DNA of 20,622 bases. Origin: an uncultured Muribaculaceae bacterium (GTDB lineage Bacteria; Bacillota_I; Bacilli_A; RF39; UBA660). The stretch lies in NCBI GenBank assembly GCA_964370475.1, contig CAYJJI010000017.1, forward strand, positions 1 through 20,622. The letters run 5' to 3'. Under the pieces are notes generated by a model. That model was given only the letters and a program-made list of their open reading frames with translations. It did no database searches and had not been told where the DNA came from. Of the stretch, positions 6,857 through 15,063 are shown one piece after another (positions within the stretch are counted from its first letter, which is position 1; every line of letters begins with the position of its first letter). The position numbers and the translations under genes are program-made.

Positions 6857-8605
6857 ATGAAAAAAAAGAAAAGACAAAAAAATACAGAAAATATTAAATA
6901 TATAAAAAAAGTATTAAAACAAATATTCAGTAATAAAAAACTAATGATTGGTTGGATAATAACACTAATATTAAGTGTTACAATAAACGCAATTACACCA
7001 CTAATTGATGCCAATATTTTAACGTCAATAACAAATTTTATCCCAAATAAAATAATTACTTTTTTACTGATAGCTTTAGGAATAAGATTATCTAATAGTA
7101 TTATAAATTACTATATAACGCTTATGACTGAAAAAGTAGAACAAGATCTAATTCTAAACCTAAAACACGATTTTACAAAAGAAGTTTATGATTTAGAGAC
7201 TAAAAACTTCGATAGAGAAGGTACAGGAGTATTTGCTGAAAGAATAAATAGTGAACCACCAGCAATTGCATATTCAATTTATGGTTTTAGATATAGAATA
7301 TTACAAATAGTAAGCTCATTAGGAGTATACGTATATCTATTGATAATTAGTTGGCAAATCGCTATATCAGTTGCTTTATCATCGGTAATATTGGTTATAG
7401 TAGAAAAGAAAAGAATATCAATATACAAAAAACATTCAGAGGAAAAAAATGTTCTAAACGAAGATAGATTCAGCGATTTCAACGAATTTATTAGAGGCGT
7501 AAGAGATATAAAAGTTCTAAATATAAAAGATTTTGTTTTGAAAAAAATATATCGTGATCAAAAGTATATAGCAGATAAAGACATTAATCACTTAAAAAAG
7601 ACTAAACTATTTGTAAATTTCTCTTACATATATAATGATTTATCAAAATTTCTTATAATTCTATTGGGTATATATTTAGTATATCAAAACGAATTAGTAT
7701 CAACGAATTTAATAATAATTTATGTATATTTAAATAAAGCATTATATTTATCTAGTGACATGACCCACTTATATGAAGAACTAGTAAATATAAATATTTC
7801 AGTTACAAGATTGACAGAAATAAACGATGAAGAAAAGTATCCAAAAGAAAAATTTGGAAATAAAAATATAAAAGTACTAGAAGGACAAATAAAATTGAAA
7901 AACCTAAACTTTGAGTACACTGAAGGTAACAAAGTATTAAAAAACATTAACTTAGAAATAGATAAAAATACAACTGTAGGTTTTGTAGGTGAATCCGGTC
8001 AAGGAAAAACAACTATCTTTAATTTAATTTCAAAACTATACCAAGTAGATGACAAGTCGCTTTTTATAGATGGTTATGACATAAATGAACTATCAGAAAA
8101 TTCAATAAGAAATAATATATCAGTTATCACCCAAAATCCATATATATTTAACACTACAATAAGAGAAAACTTAAAGATGGTAAATTCAAAAATCACAGAT
8201 GAAGAATTAAACAAAGTATTAAAAAGTTGCCAATTAGATAAATTTATTAAAGAACTAGAAAACGGATTAGACAGTAAAGTAGGAGAAGGTGGAGTTACAT
8301 TATCGGGAGGTCAAAGACAACGTTTAGCTCTTGCAAGAACAATGGTGAAAAAATCAAATATAATTTTATTAGATGAAGCAACAAGTGCTTTAGATAATAA
8401 AACACAAAATGAGATTCAAGAAGCTATTAAAGAAGTAGGTAAAGAAAAAACAATGTTAATTGTTGCGCATAGATTATCAACTGTCATAAATTGCGACAAA
8501 ATATTTGTTATTGATAATGGAAAAGTAATAAGCCAAGGAACACATAAAGAACTAATGAAAAGTTGCAAAAAATATAAAGAGTTATATCAAGTAGAAAAAG
8601 ATTAA
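6857..8605 (+). CDS. Fused permease/ATPase ABC exporter (6-TM domain + NBD), with no C39 peptidase domain.
   Basis: Motifs present are Walker A GESGQGKTT, ABC signature LSGGQRQRLALAR, Walker B ILLDEATSALD, and H-loop AHRLST. There are N-terminal TM segments. The RBS AGAGG precedes the ATG at 6857; the ORF track's ATG at 6809 overlaps a TATAAT box and is less likely. Confidence 0.85.
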   Translation: MKKKKRQKNTENIKYIKKVLKQIFSNKKLMIGWIITLILSVTINAITPLIDANILTSITNFIPNKIITFLLIALGIRLSNSIINYYITLMTEKVEQDLILNLKHDFTKEVYDLETKNFDREGTGVFAERINSEPPAIAYSIYGFRYRILQIVSSLGVYVYLLIISWQIAISVALSSVILVIVEKKRISIYKKHSEEKNVLNEDRFSDFNEFIRGVRDIKVLNIKDFVLKKIYRDQKYIADKDINHLKKTKLFVNFSYIYNDLSKFLIILLGIYLVYQNELVSTNLIIIYVYLNKALYLSSDMTHLYEELVNINISVTRLTEINDEEKYPKEKFGNKNIKVLEGQIKLKNLNFEYTEGNKVLKNINLEIDKNTTVGFVGESGQGKTTIFNLISKLYQVDDKSLFIDGYDINELSENSIRNNISVITQNPYIFNTTIRENLKMVNSKITDEELNKVLKSCQLDKFIKELENGLDSKVGEGGVTLSGGQRQRLALARTMVKKSNIILLDEATSALDNKTQNEIQEAIKEVGKEKTMLIVAHRLSTVINCDKIFVIDNGKVISQGTHKELMKSCKKYKELYQVEKD

Positions 8606-8639
8606 AAATCTATTTAAATTTTAATTTATATCTGATATA

Positions 8640-8655
8640 CTTATACTAGTATAAG
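8640..8655. promoter_or_regulatory. 16-bp perfect palindrome CTTATACTAGTATAAG overlapping the RBS of the 854-aa gene.
   Basis: The sequence is self-complementary and overlaps the TAAGGAG Shine-Dalgarno of the ATG at 8663. Confidence 0.35.
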
Positions 8656-8662
8656 GAGTAGT

Positions 8663-11227
8663 ATGAAAAATATAAAAAATAAACTATTTTATATTATCAT
8701 TGTATGTAGTGTATTGTTAGTGATTGTTTCAGTTGGTACTTATGCAAAATACATAGGTAACTCCATATGGGATTATTATATAGAAAGTCAAGGATTCTAC
8801 TTTTTCAGTGATAAATTAAGTGGTGAAAAAAATGTTAACAACGGATGGAATGGGACACCAGTATTATTTGACATAAGGAATTATAACGAAGAAAATGAAG
8901 TTTCAGACTTTCAAATAGAATATGAAATTACATGTACTATAACAAGCATTAATGCAAGCGATTTAGAATGTTCCGTAAACGGTTCAGGAACAAATACCTA
9001 CACAGGTGTATTAGAACAGACTAGAACATGCCAGAACACAAAAGGTGATGGAGTTAACACTTCGAATTTAAATGAATCAACTTGTACAAGTAGAGGATAT
9101 ACTTGGATAGATGGAAATACAAGTATTAATAATTTCTTTGAAATTAATAAAATAGACCCAAACACAGAAATTGGTGAAGTAACTGTTGAAATAGAAGCTA
9201 AATCATTATCACCATATAGTAAAACATTAAAGGGTGAATTTTATTTAAAAGAAAATGCAGCTATAGTAGAAGAAGAAATAATTTTTGAACATCAAAGTTA
9301 TAGTGATTACGAAAAAGTAATCATAACTAATAATTCATATAAAGACAGAACTTTCTTTCTAAGATGGGACCAAAATATATTAAGTATAGCTAAAGGAGAC
9401 TATATAATTTCCGGAGTTAGCTTAGGGAATATAAATGAAATTGAATTTGATATAGCAAAAGGTGAAACACTAACATATTCGTACTATAAAAAAAATAGTA
9501 GTGACGAAATAACTATCGAAGACTTCATTCTTCTTGATAAACCAGAACCACCAGCTATAAGGGTAAGCAGCATAGAACTATACTCAACAACTGGTGGAGC
9601 AGTAGAACTAAGTCCGGCAACATTTACTGAAGACACTACTAAAATAAACTTGTCCTTGCCTTCCGATACATCAACATTTACTTACGTAGTAACCATTGAA
9701 AATACAACAAATGATTATTACCATTTAAAGGGTATAGATCAACTACTAAATACCGCTAAAGCCGAAACAGTAACTAACGGTATGAGTTTATATCACGAAT
9801 TTGCACCAGGTACACTTTCGACATTTACCTTAACATATAAAGGAATATCAAATTTAACACAAAGTGAATTAGTATTAGAGGTACTATACGAATTCGCATT
9901 AGGTGAGGTGTATAAAGACGAAACTCTAAACGGAGCAACACCAGAGATTATAGATGGTCTAGTACCGATTAGTTATGATGAAACACTCAATGAATGGGTA
10001 AAAGCAGACTTAATAGAAAATGAATGGTATGATTATTCGATTATGAAATGGGCAAATGCCGCCAGCGTAATAAGCTCACAAAGAGACTTCTACACAGAAG
10101 CAGAAGCAGGAACTGTAGTAAGTATGGATCATATGACTTCAATGTTAGTGTGGATACCAAGATATTCATACACTATAAGAGAGACATTAGGATTCCATGT
10201 TCCAGGTGCTGGAAGTGTAAGTTTAACTACACCAGGAGCAATAGATATAATATTCCCTGGTATAGAAACTACCCACTTAGGAAGTGCTACTTATACAGGA
10301 ACAGAAGCAGAAAATTACTATACACCATCATCATTTTGTTGGGGTAACTCATGTGATGACCCAACAACGAGAAGTGATGAAGAAAATGAAGAAATAAAAG
10401 GATTTTGGATAGCTAAATTTGAAGCATCAAAAGTTAATAACATATTATATTCAAAACCAAACATGACACCAATGATTAATTATACAATTGCTGCTACATT
10501 CTATTATGTTCAAGAATTAATGAATGGAACTAACGGATACAATAACTACGGCTACGTAGGATATGTTGATGCTCACTTAATTAAAAATACAGAATGGGGA
10601 GCAATTGCATACTTAAGCCAATCTATTTATGGAAAATATGGAAATCCAGACTATACAGGAGCAAATAAAGAAATTTATTTAAATACATGTAGTACATATC
10701 GAACTGGAATAGGGGGATCATCAGCAGCAGATGGAAGAACTACAGCTTCTTGTTATAACTCTGATCATATGTATGATTCTTACAACGGAATGGGAGCATC
10801 AACTACAGGAAATATCTATGGAGTATACGACATGATAGGTGGAACGTTTGATAGAGTTATGGGAATAGTTTTAGGCCCTAATGGAGAGTTTATCCCAGAT
10901 TTATCAGGATTTACATCACTTCCAGAAGGAAGATATATTAACATATATCCTTATGGAACATACACTCAAGGTGATATATCACCGATTAAAGGTGATGGGC
11001 TTACAGAAACATTATATTTTTACAGTGATAGATATCTAGGAGATCCTAGGTTCTCATCCACTAATTATTATGACTATCATTGGTTATATAGAGGAGGAAG
11101 TTTATTTTTCTCAAACACAGCAGCCAACGGAATATTTTCTTATACTTTATTTAATGGCCAAGCTGATTCTCATCATTCATCAAGATTTACAATAACAATG
11201 ACAGGCTCACTAGTAACTAGTTTATAA
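8663..11227 (+). CDS. Large secreted or cell-surface protein (854 aa) with a TasA/camelysin-like N-terminal signal/motif region, a ~500-aa Thr/Ser/Asn-rich central region, and a C-terminal FGE/SUMF1-like (formylglycine-generating-enzyme family) domain.
   Basis: There is an N-terminal hydrophobic segment. The motifs GTYAKY and FYFFSDKLSGEKNVNN resemble the TasA/CalY GGGTFAFFSDKEVSNN region. The C-terminal region carries FGE-family hallmarks: FWIAKFEAS, NTEWGAIAYL (compare TEAEWEYAA), GVYDMIGGTFDRV (compare YDMSGNVWEW) and YRGGSLF (compare RGGSW). It lies 57 bp downstream of the ABC exporter and is probably in the same operon. Confidence 0.5.
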   Translation: MKNIKNKLFYIIIVCSVLLVIVSVGTYAKYIGNSIWDYYIESQGFYFFSDKLSGEKNVNNGWNGTPVLFDIRNYNEENEVSDFQIEYEITCTITSINASDLECSVNGSGTNTYTGVLEQTRTCQNTKGDGVNTSNLNESTCTSRGYTWIDGNTSINNFFEINKIDPNTEIGEVTVEIEAKSLSPYSKTLKGEFYLKENAAIVEEEIIFEHQSYSDYEKVIITNNSYKDRTFFLRWDQNILSIAKGDYIISGVSLGNINEIEFDIAKGETLTYSYYKKNSSDEITIEDFILLDKPEPPAIRVSSIELYSTTGGAVELSPATFTEDTTKINLSLPSDTSTFTYVVTIENTTNDYYHLKGIDQLLNTAKAETVTNGMSLYHEFAPGTLSTFTLTYKGISNLTQSELVLEVLYEFALGEVYKDETLNGATPEIIDGLVPISYDETLNEWVKADLIENEWYDYSIMKWANAASVISSQRDFYTEAEAGTVVSMDHMTSMLVWIPRYSYTIRETLGFHVPGAGSVSLTTPGAIDIIFPGIETTHLGSATYTGTEAENYYTPSSFCWGNSCDDPTTRSDEENEEIKGFWIAKFEASKVNNILYSKPNMTPMINYTIAATFYYVQELMNGTNGYNNYGYVGYVDAHLIKNTEWGAIAYLSQSIYGKYGNPDYTGANKEIYLNTCSTYRTGIGGSSAADGRTTASCYNSDHMYDSYNGMGASTTGNIYGVYDMIGGTFDRVMGIVLGPNGEFIPDLSGFTSLPEGRYINIYPYGTYTQGDISPIKGDGLTETLYFYSDRYLGDPRFSSTNYYDYHWLYRGGSLFFSNTAANGIFSYTLFNGQADSHHSSRFTITMTGSLVTSL

Positions 11228-11229
11228 AA

Positions 11230-11256
11230 TTGATAATTAAAATTATCAATTTTTTT
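11230..11256 (+). terminator. Terminator of the 854-aa gene (TTGATAATTaaAATTATCAA + T7).
   Basis: A 9-bp perfect stem is followed by TTTTTTT. Confidence 0.6.
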
Positions 11257-11260
11257 ATAT

Positions 11261-11286
11261 AAAAAAAGATAGATAATTATCTATCA
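11261..11286 (-). terminator. Terminator of the minus-strand HD gene (A7 + GATAGATAATTATCTATC palindrome).
   Basis: The palindrome overlaps the stop codon of the convergent gene and is followed by a T-run on the minus strand. Confidence 0.45.
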
Positions 11287-12063
11287 ATTATTACTTATAA
11301 AATCATCGATATATTGGAGTACAAAACACCTTAATTCTTCCATAGTATTTTTAGTAGTAACATTTTTATAATTAATTCTATCAATAATTATATTTATATA
11401 ATTATTATTTCTAATAACTTCAACACAATATTTATAATTAAAATCAAAGATAAATGCAATATAAGAAATCCAAATATCTAAAGCGGTTTTCCTAGTAGAA
11501 CTTAGTATTGTTGATTTACTATAAAAAGATTTTAATACATCATCGGATATAACATCGAACTCCAATACATTATCTATTAACTTAGGACTCATAGATAACT
11601 TGTCTTCAAAGCTCTTAACTCTAAAATTATCTAATTTATCAGCATCTCTAATAATTTTAGCAAATAACAACATTCTTTCATCACTTACTTTTTCAATTTC
11701 AAATTTATTGTGATTCAAAATAGCAAAACTAATAATATCATCAAATTTATTAGTATCTATATATTTTCTAATGTAATTATCTTCAAAAAGAAGATTTACA
11801 CCATGAACAGCATGATTAAATCTACCAGCATCCATCTCTCCTAAAAACCTGATCTCATCAAATCTTCCAATATCATGTAATAAACCAATTAACTTTGCTA
11901 ATTCAATATCAGATTCACAAAGACTAAGATTATTTGCAAGAGCTTCACAATCATTCATCACATGAAATGTATGCTTAACTTTATTTTTAGTACTTATATC
12001 GTTCATATCAAATAAACTAACATATTCATTAAACTCACTAACTGCTTTTTTAAAATCTATCAT
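11284..12063 (-). CDS. HD-domain metal-dependent phosphohydrolase.
   Basis: The His/Asp motif series HTFHVMNDCEALA, LIGLLHDIGRF, HAVHG and IRDADKLD is present. Confidence 0.75.
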   Translation of the reverse strand: MIDFKKAVSEFNEYVSLFDMNDISTKNKVKHTFHVMNDCEALANNLSLCESDIELAKLIGLLHDIGRFDEIRFLGEMDAGRFNHAVHGVNLLFEDNYIRKYIDTNKFDDIISFAILNHNKFEIEKVSDERMLLFAKIIRDADKLDNFRVKSFEDKLSMSPKLIDNVLEFDVISDDVLKSFYSKSTILSSTRKTALDIWISYIAFIFDFNYKYCVEVIRNNNYINIIIDRINYKNVTTKNTMEELRCFVLQYIDDFISNN

Positions 12064-12085
12064 ATAACAACCTCTTACATAAAGT

Positions 12086-12116
12086 ATAACATTAAAGTAA
12101 ACGTTTATGTTATAAT
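12086..12116. promoter_or_regulatory. Nested palindrome (ATAACAT-taaag-TAAACGTTTA-tGTTAT) overlapping an extended -10 (TGtTATAAT) in the divergent HD / NT5C promoter region.
   Basis: A 10-bp perfect palindrome TAAACGTTTA is flanked by the 7-bp inverted repeat ATAACAT/ATGTTAT. TGTTATAAT follows immediately. Confidence 0.35.
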
Positions 12117-12148
12117 AATGTAATTAACAAAGTGATTAGGAGATAAGT

Positions 12149-12709
12149 ATGAAGAAACTAATTTTAGATGTAGATGATGTAATAACAGGTGGAACATTTC
12201 TAAATGCTATTAACGAATTTTTAAATACTAACTACAAAGAAGATGAAGTAAAGAATTATTACATTCAAGATTTACTAGGAGAAAAAAAGGACGAATTTTT
12301 TGAAAAATTCGAAGAAATAGATCTATATAAATCAGCAAAATTATATGATAATTGTTATGACGTATTAAAAAGACTAAACGAAAAATATGACATTTACCCA
12401 TGTTCCGCATTCGTTTGGAGAGAAGTACCAGAAAAGAGCAGTGGAAACTTAAAAAATAAATACGATTTTCTATACAAAGAGTTACCATTTATTGACCCAA
12501 ATAAATACATATTCACAACTAGTAAAAATATAATAAAAGCTGACATAAGAATAGATGACAAAATGGAAAATTTAACAGATGCAAATCTAAATATATTATA
12601 TACAGCTTACCATAATAAAAACATCAACCAAGAAGAATTAGATAAGAATAATATCATTAGAGCAAATAATTGGCTAGAGATAGAAGAAATAATAAATAAT
12701 TACCAATAG
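12149..12709 (+). CDS. 5'(3')-deoxyribonucleotidase-like HAD hydrolase (NT5C family).
   Basis: The N-terminal DxDxV/T motif (LILDVDDVITGG) is present, the length is about 186 aa, and an RBS AGGAGA precedes the start. Confidence 0.6.
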   Translation: MKKLILDVDDVITGGTFLNAINEFLNTNYKEDEVKNYYIQDLLGEKKDEFFEKFEEIDLYKSAKLYDNCYDVLKRLNEKYDIYPCSAFVWREVPEKSSGNLKNKYDFLYKELPFIDPNKYIFTTSKNIIKADIRIDDKMENLTDANLNILYTAYHNKNINQEELDKNNIIRANNWLEIEEIINNYQ

Positions 12710-12751
12710 TAGAAAAAATAGAAATACAATAATTAAGTAGGAGATAATAGA

Positions 12752-13417
12752 ATGAAAACCAAAGAAAAACACACCTTTATCGCAGATAACACAGGGAAAA
12801 TTCACGCATACCAAGGAGATAGTGAAAATTCAAAAAGAACTAAAATTTATATAAAAAGAATTGGAAAATCAACATTCATAATTGAAGGTGAAGAAACAAA
12901 AAATTGTGTTTTATCTTTTTTTGGTCTAATTGAATATATTAATGAAATAGCAAATATTGAAAATGAAATAATAGTTAGAAATTTATCTAGAGCTAATGTT
13001 GGTGCAATATTGAAATTATGTAATGAAAACAAAGAAAGAGAAAATCAAGAAACTGATCACAATCACAGCCAAGCACTTGCAATTGAAATAGCAAATAGAA
13101 GATTAATTGAATTGTTTGGAATCACTTATGAAGAATTCAGTAATTTAACTTGCCTAGAACAGAACGAATTAATGGAGATAATATATGCTAAAAAAGAAGA
13201 AAAAGATACAAATAAGGTAATGATTGAATCAGGAGATAATGCGTTATTCATCAAGAAAAAACTAGATGAAAAAGTAATGCTAGCTGATGGAACTTTCGTG
13301 AAAGTAGGAGATAATCCTTATCAAAGTAGAAAAAGAATAGATGAAAAACTAGATGAAATGGTTAATGAAAAAGAGTCGTTTGTAAGAAAATTAATTAAAA
13401 AAGTTGGTAGAAAATAA
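12752..13417 (+). CDS. Hypothetical cytoplasmic protein (221 aa). Its 3' end and terminator are duplicated at 14.9 kb.
   Basis: RBS is AGGAGA, and the protein has no TM segment or signal peptide. The last ~10 codons plus the hairpin (AAAGTTGGTAGAAAATAACTTCTATCAA) recur at 14914-14946. Confidence 0.5.
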   Translation: MKTKEKHTFIADNTGKIHAYQGDSENSKRTKIYIKRIGKSTFIIEGEETKNCVLSFFGLIEYINEIANIENEIIVRNLSRANVGAILKLCNENKERENQETDHNHSQALAIEIANRRLIELFGITYEEFSNLTCLEQNELMEIIYAKKEEKDTNKVMIESGDNALFIKKKLDEKVMLADGTFVKVGDNPYQSRKRIDEKLDEMVNEKESFVRKLIKKVGRK

Positions 13418-13436
13418 CTTCTATCAATTTTTTTAT
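13398..13436 (+). terminator. Hairpin terminator, a variant of the array hairpin family (AAAAAGTTGGTAGAA-aataac-TTCTATCAA + T7).
   Basis: The stem has one G-T wobble and is followed by TTTTTTT. It overlaps the stop codon of the 12752 gene. Confidence 0.6.
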
Positions 13437-13479
13437 ATACAAATGAATAATATGATAAAATACAATTAAAGAAGCTAAT

Positions 13480-13611
13480 ATGAATATTGAAAAAATATAT
13501 AGTAAATTAAACGAAAATATACGCTTAACTTTTGCAATAGTTAATAATCAAAACAACAAAAAAAGAATAGCTCATTTAAGAGCATATGAGAAAATAGAAT
13601 ATATTTTATGA
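13480..13611 (+). CDS. Possible 43-aa small ORF (MNIEKIYSKLNENIRLTFAIVNNQNNKKRIAHLRAYEKIEYIL). Weak.
   Basis: It is an ATG-initiated ORF in an otherwise ORF-free 420-bp gap, with only a weak AAAGAAG RBS. It is not in the supplied ORF track. Confidence 0.15.
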   Translation: MNIEKIYSKLNENIRLTFAIVNNQNNKKRIAHLRAYEKIEYIL

Positions 13612-13840
13612 CAATGTTCGCAACATCATTTTGTAACGAACTAAAACAATATAATGAAGTATTAATATGAGGTATGAGTAGTAATTCTAAAGTAGATCAC
13701 GACGAGTAAGGATTTCCTATATTTGAAAAGGGATATGCAAATAATATGACTGGTAAAATAGAGTGTAACAGCAATACTTCATTTAATAAATTAAATGTGC
13801 TATAATTAAAAGGTAATTAAAAATTGCTTTTGGAGGAAAA

Positions 13841-14536
13841 ATGAAAAATAAAAAAGGATTAAAAATAATTTTAGGTATTGTAGGAGTTATATTATTAATT
13901 TTCGCATACTTTATAAGTAGAGATTTAAATCAAGAAGACACACTAAGAGATACAATAAACAATTATATAGAAAATCAGATTGTACCAGATAAACCAAGTA
14001 CATCAGGAGAATACTATAAAATTGAAAAAGAAATTTTGAATTATTTAACAACTACTAGTAAATATACAGAAGAATTAACAGCTATTTTTAAAGAAATATA
14101 TGATTTTGAATTTTATTATTCTACTCATGCCTATGAGTCATTAAAAGATGACTTCAGTGCTGATTTAGAAAAAATAGAAAAGCTTAAAAATAATTTAAAT
14201 AATAAAATAAATCAATTTATAGAATTAAATAATTATGAAACATTACTAGAAAAGCATAATAGTGATGATGAATACTATAATGACTTATATATAGAACTTC
14301 TAGGAAGTGAAGAAGAATTTGATAATGTAAATAAATCATACAATGAAATTAAAACTATATATACAGATTATTTTATTAATGCTAATAATTATATCGAATT
14401 TTTAAAAAATTCATCACTTACTATTGATGATAATAAAGAAAATATGACATTTGATACTGATGAAGAAATCTCTAAATATGGACAATTAGCAGATGCATTA
14501 AACCTTAGTCTAGGTGAAATTGTAGCCACTGATTAG
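13841..14536 (+). CDS. Hypothetical membrane-anchored protein (N-terminal signal-anchor/TM followed by an acidic Asn/Glu/Tyr-rich extracytoplasmic domain).
   Basis: RBS is GGAGGA, and a hydrophobic segment LKIILGIVGVILLIFAYFI follows a Lys-rich N-terminus. Confidence 0.5.
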   Translation: MKNKKGLKIILGIVGVILLIFAYFISRDLNQEDTLRDTINNYIENQIVPDKPSTSGEYYKIEKEILNYLTTTSKYTEELTAIFKEIYDFEFYYSTHAYESLKDDFSADLEKIEKLKNNLNNKINQFIELNNYETLLEKHNSDDEYYNDLYIELLGSEEEFDNVNKSYNEIKTIYTDYFINANNYIEFLKNSSLTIDDNKENMTFDTDEEISKYGQLADALNLSLGEIVATD

Positions 14537-14594
14537 TTAAGAAACTATATTAATCTTAAAAATAAAATTAGTATTAGATATAGGAAAACCAAGC

Positions 14595-14935
14595 TGTCAT
14601 TTTATAAATGATAGAGGTACTTCGTCATATCACAATCATCCTAACAAATCAGCTAAATATGCATATGATATATTAAATAGACTAGATTATGAAAATGATT
14701 ATATCAAAAAAATAGTTTCTTGATAAAAGAACATGATACAAAAATAACAATAGATAATATAAAAGAATTTTATATAGAACCGTTAAATCTACTGATAAAA
14801 GTTCAAACAGCATATGCTTATGCACATCGTCCTGATTATTAAAAAAAAGAATCAAATATATTAGCAAATTTAAAGAATTAATTAAAACTAAAGTTGAAAA
14901 TAAAAAGTTAAATAAAGTTGGTAGAAAATAACTTC
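14595..14935 (+). pseudogene. Decayed gene remnant. Three short reading-frame fragments are separated by stops/frameshifts, and the last fragment (...KVENKKLNKVGRK*) is paralogous to the C-terminus of the 12752 gene (...VNEKESFVRKLIKKVGRK*).
   Basis: The translated fragments are LDIGKPSCHFINDRGTSSYHNHPNKSAKYAYDILNRLDYENDYIKKIVS*, KEHDTKITIDNIKEFYIEPLNLLIKVQTAYAYAHRPDY* and KKESNILANLKN*/LIKTKVENKKLNKVGRK*. The 3' terminal ~30 nt plus the hairpin are near-identical to 13401-13431. Confidence 0.4.
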
Positions 14936-15014
14936 TATCAACTTTATTTTTATAATAGGATTGTTTTAACACTAGATGTTAACTTATTTAAATAGAGAAT
15001 AACTCTAATATTTT
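14915..15014 (+). repeat. Inter-cassette repeat module, copy A (hairpin AAAGTTGGTAGAA..TTCTATCAACTTT + a more divergent conserved block ...GTTTTAacactAGaTGTTAACTTatTTAAATAGAGaATAACTCTAAtATTTTATAA).
   Basis: It aligns with the modules at 17317, 18449, 19317 and 20526. TATAAT follows at 15034-15039, then the RBS AGGAGATGAGG and a GTG start at 15064. Confidence 0.7.
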
Positions 15015-15063
15015 ATAATTCAACATAATTTGCTATAATATAATTAATTTAGGAGATGAGGCT

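Noticed and set aside
10048-10347. 99-aa Arg/Lys-rich + strand ORF inside the 854-aa gene.
   Set aside because: It is an alternative frame of a confidently coding region, has a basic low-complexity composition, and has no RBS. It is a frame artefact.
14607-14650. HNHP motif in the decayed gene as evidence of a RadC-like JAB domain.
   Set aside because: It is only a tetrapeptide match. The spacing of surrounding residues does not fit the JAB/MPN signature, and the fragment is too short.
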